Below are positions 58,368-64,000 of a stretch of 64,000 nt of DNA, in pieces. Numbering within the stretch: position 1 is the stretch's first letter; the number at the start of each line of letters is the position of its first letter. Below the pieces are notes generated by a model. The model was not told where the DNA came from. It did no database searches and saw only the letters and a program-made list of their open reading frames with translations. The position numbers and the translations under genes were made by a program. Source of the stretch: Nemertoderma westbladi (taxonomy: Eukaryota; Animalia; Xenacoelomorpha); NCBI GenBank assembly GCA_032718475.1, contig JAUCBJ010008503.1:1-64000 (forward strand), in the 5' to 3' direction.

Positions 58368-59737
58368 GTTTGTTTACACAGTTGAATGCCTACGGCTATA
58401 AATACAGTTAAAGCAAGTCTAGCAATTCAGTATCACTGTTAGCCTAATAATTAATTACCGATACTGCTACTCAGTGTAGCGTGATATATATATAATATAT
58501 TAGAATACCGGTATGCTTATAGTATATATATAAGTATTATTACAGACTAGATTTGTCACAGAGTACCGGTATATAAATTTAGCACAAATATATATAAATA
58601 TATAATAGGCCTATCGTGAATACCGGTATACAGCTGACACTTATAGTATATATAAGTATAATTATTACAGACTAGAATTAATTACAGAATACCGGTATGA
58701 TTTCAGCCTAAATTTATAGAATAAATATAATAAGCCTATTGTAAATACCGGTATGTCAATTATTTTAAAATAATTGAATTTCTGAATGTTAGGGGTTACC
58801 TGGTTACTTTACTTACTTTATTACCGTTATTTAAGCAGTAGTCCAACTGATATTAAGACCTAAGGATTGTATGACAGGCCTACTATTTTATTAATAGATT
58901 TAGTGGATTTATATGTACCCACATGAGGGGTTTTGTTACAATATTGAAATAGATGTTATTATTTCTGGGAAGTAATCACTACACAAAAGCTGTGCGCTCT
59001 CAGTGAAGTGCTACTTATTAGACACTAAAACAGATAATTCTACTTCCTAAGTTACTTATCTACAAATTACTTACGATACGGGTGAGATTAATTCTCTAAT
59101 TAAAACACAACAAAATATTACGTATGAAATTTTAGGGTAATTTTACAAGGAACTACAAACCAGTCTAGCAGAGTGTTAGATTTTCTGGTTATTACATCGG
59201 ACAGGATACTACGGTATTTGAAAATAATAAGTAGTAGTAAATACACTGCGTTGTCCAGATAGGAAAATACCACCGCCTGACGACCTATAGCCGTATCGCT
59301 ATAGGTACTACGTTATGTATCACGGAGTGTCCCTACCTAGAAGTTAATTACCGCGGTCTACCAGAACCAACGTGCCTATTAACCACTTTACAACACGAAT
59401 ATACTGCCTACACACTAATTACTTTCGGAAAGCACTGTACACCAAACCCTAAATTAGGTACAGGTACTTATAAAACAGATAACTAGCAGTTAAATATACT
59501 TGAACAGTTAAAAGAACCACGGCATCTGCTGGAGTGGCCAGAGCACAAAGTCACCAGTCTTTACCTACGCCAAGCAGCCCGTGTAGTACCGGGGTTAATT
59601 TAACTACAACGGTATGTGTAACAAGCACAATTACTATAGGAATAAACTTGGGGACATGAATGTTGCGAATAATCGCATAAACTCTGAATAATAAATATTA
59701 CGCTACCCATACAAACTACTCAAACAAATTACAAACC

Positions 59738-60265
59738 AAACGCTGGCAGACTACCACCAAGCCTAAATAAACTACAGTATGTGCAGATTCCGAAATGGTT
59801 AGTTAGTATGCGTTCTAACACGGTAGTACGACTTATTCTTTAGGAGGGGGTTGACCTTACAGCTCTGGATGCCCCAACTTACTAACTGGCACTTTATCAG
59901 ACAAACTCTACACACGCAGCAATCTCTTCAGACCTAATAATAGCTAGACAACAATCCAGCCTACAAAATATCTGAGTAATAACTATTACGGTACCTGAAC
60001 AGACCACACAAACAAACACAGGCCAAAACGCTGGCAGACTACTATCAAGCCTAAATAAACTACAGTATATGCAGATTCCAAAATGGTTAGTTAGTATGCG
60101 TTCTAACACGGTAGTACGACTTATTCTTTAAGAGGGGATTGACCTTACAACTCAAGATGCCCCAACTTACTAACTGGCACTTTATCGGACAGACTCTACA
60201 CACGCCGCAATCTCTCCAGACCCAACAACAGTCAGACAACAGTCCAGCCTACAAATTATCTGTAC
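59738..60265. repeat. ~288-bp tandem duplication in the Bel/Pao leader
   Basis: AAACGCTGGCAGACTAC...GCCTACAAA recurs at 59738 and 60026. Confidence 0.85.
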
Positions 60266-60436
60266 AATCTGAGCAGGGTTACACGCCTTCTGCTCAATAT
60301 TAACTTACACATAAATAAAACTGACAGAAATAAGTAAACTATACAAAAGAATGAGGGGTGATCAATCCCTATTCCCCTGGCAGCCTACAATATACAATAG
60401 ATCACAATCGAAATAATACTAATGTACTTGCACTGG

Positions 60437-60641
60437 AAGTACCGGTTAGGACAGTTGGGCCTACAGACCTACAGCAGTACCGGTTCAGGCAGTTAGGCCT
60501 ACGGACCTACAGCAGTACCGGTTCAGGCAGTTAGGCCTACGGACCCACAGCAGTACCGGTTCTGGCAGTTGGGCCTACGGACCTACAGCAGTACCGGTTC
60601 TGGCAGTTGGGCCTATGGACCTACAGCAGTACCGGTTCAGG
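60437..60641. repeat. 38-bp tandem repeat (~5.5 copies) next to the 5' LTR
   Basis: GCAGTACCGGTTCAGGCAGTTAGGCCTACGGACCTACA units. Confidence 0.92.
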
Positions 60642-60703
60642 TTTACTGGTCGACCGGTACTTTCAACCTTATTGTTTACTGCAATAAAGAAAATAACTGT
60701 TAT

Positions 60704-61888
60704 TGTACGCGCTTTTGAAGACCTTTAGCAGTTTAACCTGCTAAAATTTATATGTCTTTTGGTTTATAAATAGACTTTTAGTAAATGACAAGTATTTAAT
60801 ACCAATAAACACAACATTAGCCGAAGCCAGCCTAGTGCGCGTCCATTCACCCGCTGGATATACCCGGGAGACTGGATTCGGATGGGGCTTAGATTTTATT
60901 ATTGCAGTGAAGCCTACTCTATTATTCGATTGATCGTTAATAAATAATTCCTGACTAATATTATTCACTTTCGGGAAATATTAACAGTTCCTTTAGGACG
61001 TGGCGCTCTATCTAGGTAAACAGAGCTATGACTTATACTAAACACAACGGTAAGGCTTATGATTCACGTATAAGGCGCATTCTTTAGGAAATGCTTTGTT
61101 ATCAGCCACAATCATGCACACTACCGGTACCGCACAATACTGCACACTAATCTGCCGACCGTCAATGAATTTGATCACACATAAAGAGAACAGCAATTGA
61201 CTCATGTAGTGCCTATCAAATAGCATTAAACTCACTACAAACCACGATAATATAAGTCGCAATCGCTATATGTAACCTGTCTCTCTAACCTGTAGTGTAT
61301 CAAGAAAATTGGGAAATTTGGGTTCTTTATAGATGTTCTCCAAATAATAATATTCAACCAACTGATACAAATAATGACAACAGTAAACAGCATTAAGACG
61401 GTAGGTTAAGATAATGATATGATTGTTTGGTTAGTTGATAATTATGGCGATAACAGTTATACGTTCTATAATCTACGCCTACTAATGTTTTACTAAAAGT
61501 CTGAAACACCGAGTCATTCCAAAAGCCGATGTTCTTGGCCTAGAAGGAACAACAACAACAGTAACACTGAAACAGTAAGAATGAACACGCCTAGCACGAT
61601 CTGTAGAATATCTCCACATCGACAGTAAAAATCGCCCTGATTGGCTGTTAAGCTAAACAAAGAACCATGTGTCCAACGGCCGTTTCCATGCCAGCAACCA
61701 GCTGTTAGATGTCATAATCTGAATCATCAAGGCTACACTGTGCTAGAGTATTTGACGCATTGCGGGTTTTGTGCCTTGCCATGTCCGCCAAAGCACACAT
61801 ATAGAAGAATGACTTTTATGTCCGTTAAAACACCTACAACGGTACTTTGCAGGCAAGGGGAGTGATTATACCCGCAAAAGCTTTTACA
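60704..61888 (-). repeat. 5' LTR
   Basis: TGT...ACA; CCAAT box (AGCCAATCAG on the sense strand, ~61637-61646) conserved in all four LTRs; sense AATAAA at ~60895-60900. Confidence 0.96.
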
Positions 61889-62017
61889 ACAATTAAAATA
61901 GGCAAGCTATTTACTCTTCTGCTAAATCTCTTCTAGCACCTATAAATGAACATGCTGACGTCAGATTTTGGCTGACTCCCTCCCCTCCCCTCATCAGCAC
62001 GTCATCAGATTTTCCCA

Positions 62018-62048
<31 letters not shown>

Positions 62049-62124
62049 GTGCTGACATCATACTTGGACGGCCCCTATACCAGAATACCATAAACAATAT
62101 ACAATGATGCATAACAATGTACAG

Positions 62125-62390
62125 TGGGTGGTATTAATGTAAATGTACACTTAAATAGCTGCGCTCATTAACTTCTGCCACGAACTCACGTCCCTGATCT
62201 GACATCACGATCTCCGGCTCCGCCACCCCCGTAGCGAGTCAACAATTCGTACAGAAATTCCGCTTCGCGAGTCTTTTCTAGGAAGAGCCTTGGCTTCCGG
62301 CCATTTAGTAAAGTAGTCCGTACATGTCATCATATACTGTACGCATTTCCCTTCAGCGTCAACGGTAGCGGCCCTTTTAAATCGATTCCA
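62125..62390 (-). pseudogene. Degraded Gypsy-like integrase/Ginger transposase fragment
   Basis: Minus strand reads GIDLKGPLPLTLKGNAY..., TDYFTKWPEA, IVMSDQGREFV and YHP, with frameshifts. Confidence 0.82.
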
Positions 62391-63628
62391 CTACTTCGAT
62401 CGACCGAGTCCGGCTTACTGTAACTTGAATTGAATTAAGAGCAAGGTTCGATTTCAGTTTAGTTACACAGATAGCCCGCCACGATTGCCCATATACCATA
62501 TATGGGGGGGGGGGGGGGGGGACGGGACGCAATAAAAATTCATCCCTCTCCAGGGCAATTTCGACGCAAATAACAGCTGATTATTCTCAAAAATAAAACT
62601 GTAACCTGTTCTATTATGCTTAGTTTATTGTTTTGGTTAAAATAACGTGCCACTGTAACCTGCTCCTTTCCCTAAATTGAGACTTTAACATTGAGGCGGG
62701 ATATTAATTCGCAGACCTACCGTTACCGTTAACTGCTGCACTGTCAGCTTTTTTATCTTAATTCTGAGTCTTATCTTAATTCTTTGCAGTTGGGGTGGGG
62801 CATTTGGCGCGGAAGGGGGTCATTACGCGCCTGCGAGTATACCCGGGGGGTCATTACGCGCTGGCGATTACGCCCGGGGGGCGTATTCTACAGGGGGGCA
62901 ATTTCGACTGGGACACCGGTACCCGTACCGGTGAAAAGACCTGTAGTCTGGTAGCAGGGTATATAGTATAGGATAATTATTAAAAAAAACATGGTCCATA
63001 AAACAGTACCGGTACTGCAGTGTAGACATTTGGCATTTTGAAAATTTTCTTTCAGTTTTCACCGCTATTATTTATTTTTATTATTATTTGTTTTTATTTA
63101 TACCAAATTACCAAATGGTCGTACACATTAATTATAACAATAACGTCATTATTTTTAATTCGCAGGGTAAGCATTTAATAATTTATATTAAAGGGATTTA
63201 GTTTTTGAATATGGATAGTGCACTGATAGTAGTTGGCAGTAGGCAGTTGGCCTAGTATTATTCATCCACTCAACGACCAGTTCGGGGGGGGGGGGGGGGG
63301 TGGGGTACTAGCCTATCCAACCAGCAACAGCTCAGGCGATTTCCCTTTTTTCCCACAAAGTACTGTATATTTTATTTTACTTTTTATTCAATTAATTTAA
63401 TTTGTATTTTTAGGATATGAAACTGGATAAAATCGCAATATTTTGTATTTTTTTGTAATTTTATTTTCTTGTATTTTATCTTACTGTAGCTCATTTATTA
63501 GTTTATAGCGCTACGCGCAACAGGCCTCCACTCCAGGATATGTTAACTTCATCAACTTACGCAAATTTGAAGTTTTTATATTACAACAAAACACATACCA
63601 CAAACACTAATTATATCCTCTTAAAGGT

Positions 63629-63674
<46 letters not shown>

Positions 63675-64000
63675 CATCGTTTCACCCCCAGTCTTATTTC
63701 TTCTTCCGATTTTTTCATGTGTTTTCCAATGTAAACTTTTATGGTAATTCTGAATCTGAAATCAGTTTTTCGATAAGTTGTTTTGTTCTCGAGTTATGGC
63801 AACTTTTGTAATTTTTCACCCAAAATTTGAAAAATTTTTAATTCTGGTGCAGCACCACATTTGACACCAAAAAAGACAATGAAACACCCAGAAATGTCGA
63901 AATATTTTGTCATTTTCGGAATCAGCGCTAAAAATTAGCATATGGGTATCAAAACCGCCAACGCGAAGATCATATTTAAAATTTTTTAAAAAATTTTCAC

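Larger units (their letters stand above)
49647..61888 (-). mobile_element. Bel/Pao LTR retrotransposon, internally deleted (no RT/RNase H/integrase), recent insertion
   Basis: Two near-identical ~1185-bp LTRs, TSD ACAAT (49642-49646, 61889-61893), Bel-type Gag with three knuckles and protease, PPT at 50831-50838. Confidence 0.95.
49438..62075. mobile_element. PIF/Harbinger- or Zator-like MITE split by the Bel/Pao insertion
   Basis: TIR GGGGCCGTCCAAGTATGA / TCATACTTGGACGGCCCC, 3-bp TSD TAT. Confidence 0.82.
49212..62915 (-). mobile_element. Ginger1-like DNA transposon remnant hosting nested insertions
   Basis: TGTCACAGGCGAAAATGC...GCAATTTCGACTGGGACA TIR, CCGG on both flanks, and a Gypsy-like integrase fragment inside. 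Ginger1 elements are known for TGT ends and CCGG targets. Confidence 0.78.

Overview
Animal (probably invertebrate) nuclear DNA dominated by nested transposable elements around two convergent, apparently single-exon host genes: CRTC/TORC (28427-30049, +) and NIPBL/Nipped-B (36447-42455, -). The repeats include four LTRs of one Bel/Pao family (a partial element at 1-2677, a solo LTR at 6821-8049, and a young RT/RNaseH/integrase-deleted element at 49647-61888). Both non-solo copies carry an extra zinc-knuckle ORF in the env position. Also present are a Mag-like Gypsy element broken by five DNA-transposon insertions, RTE and CR1/L2 LINE fragments, a Ginger1-like remnant, GGGT-ended foldback elements with 8-9 bp TSDs, and several minisatellites. 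The strongest unexplained signals: (1) five CAGT...ACTG elements with 5-bp TSDs plus a dense field of N5-CWG-N5 scars that look like their excision footprints; (2) the Bel/Pao accessory ORF and the absence of a tRNA primer-binding site; (3) a ~60-bp module shared by unrelated DNA transposons. All alignments and counts were done by eye; no database search was run.
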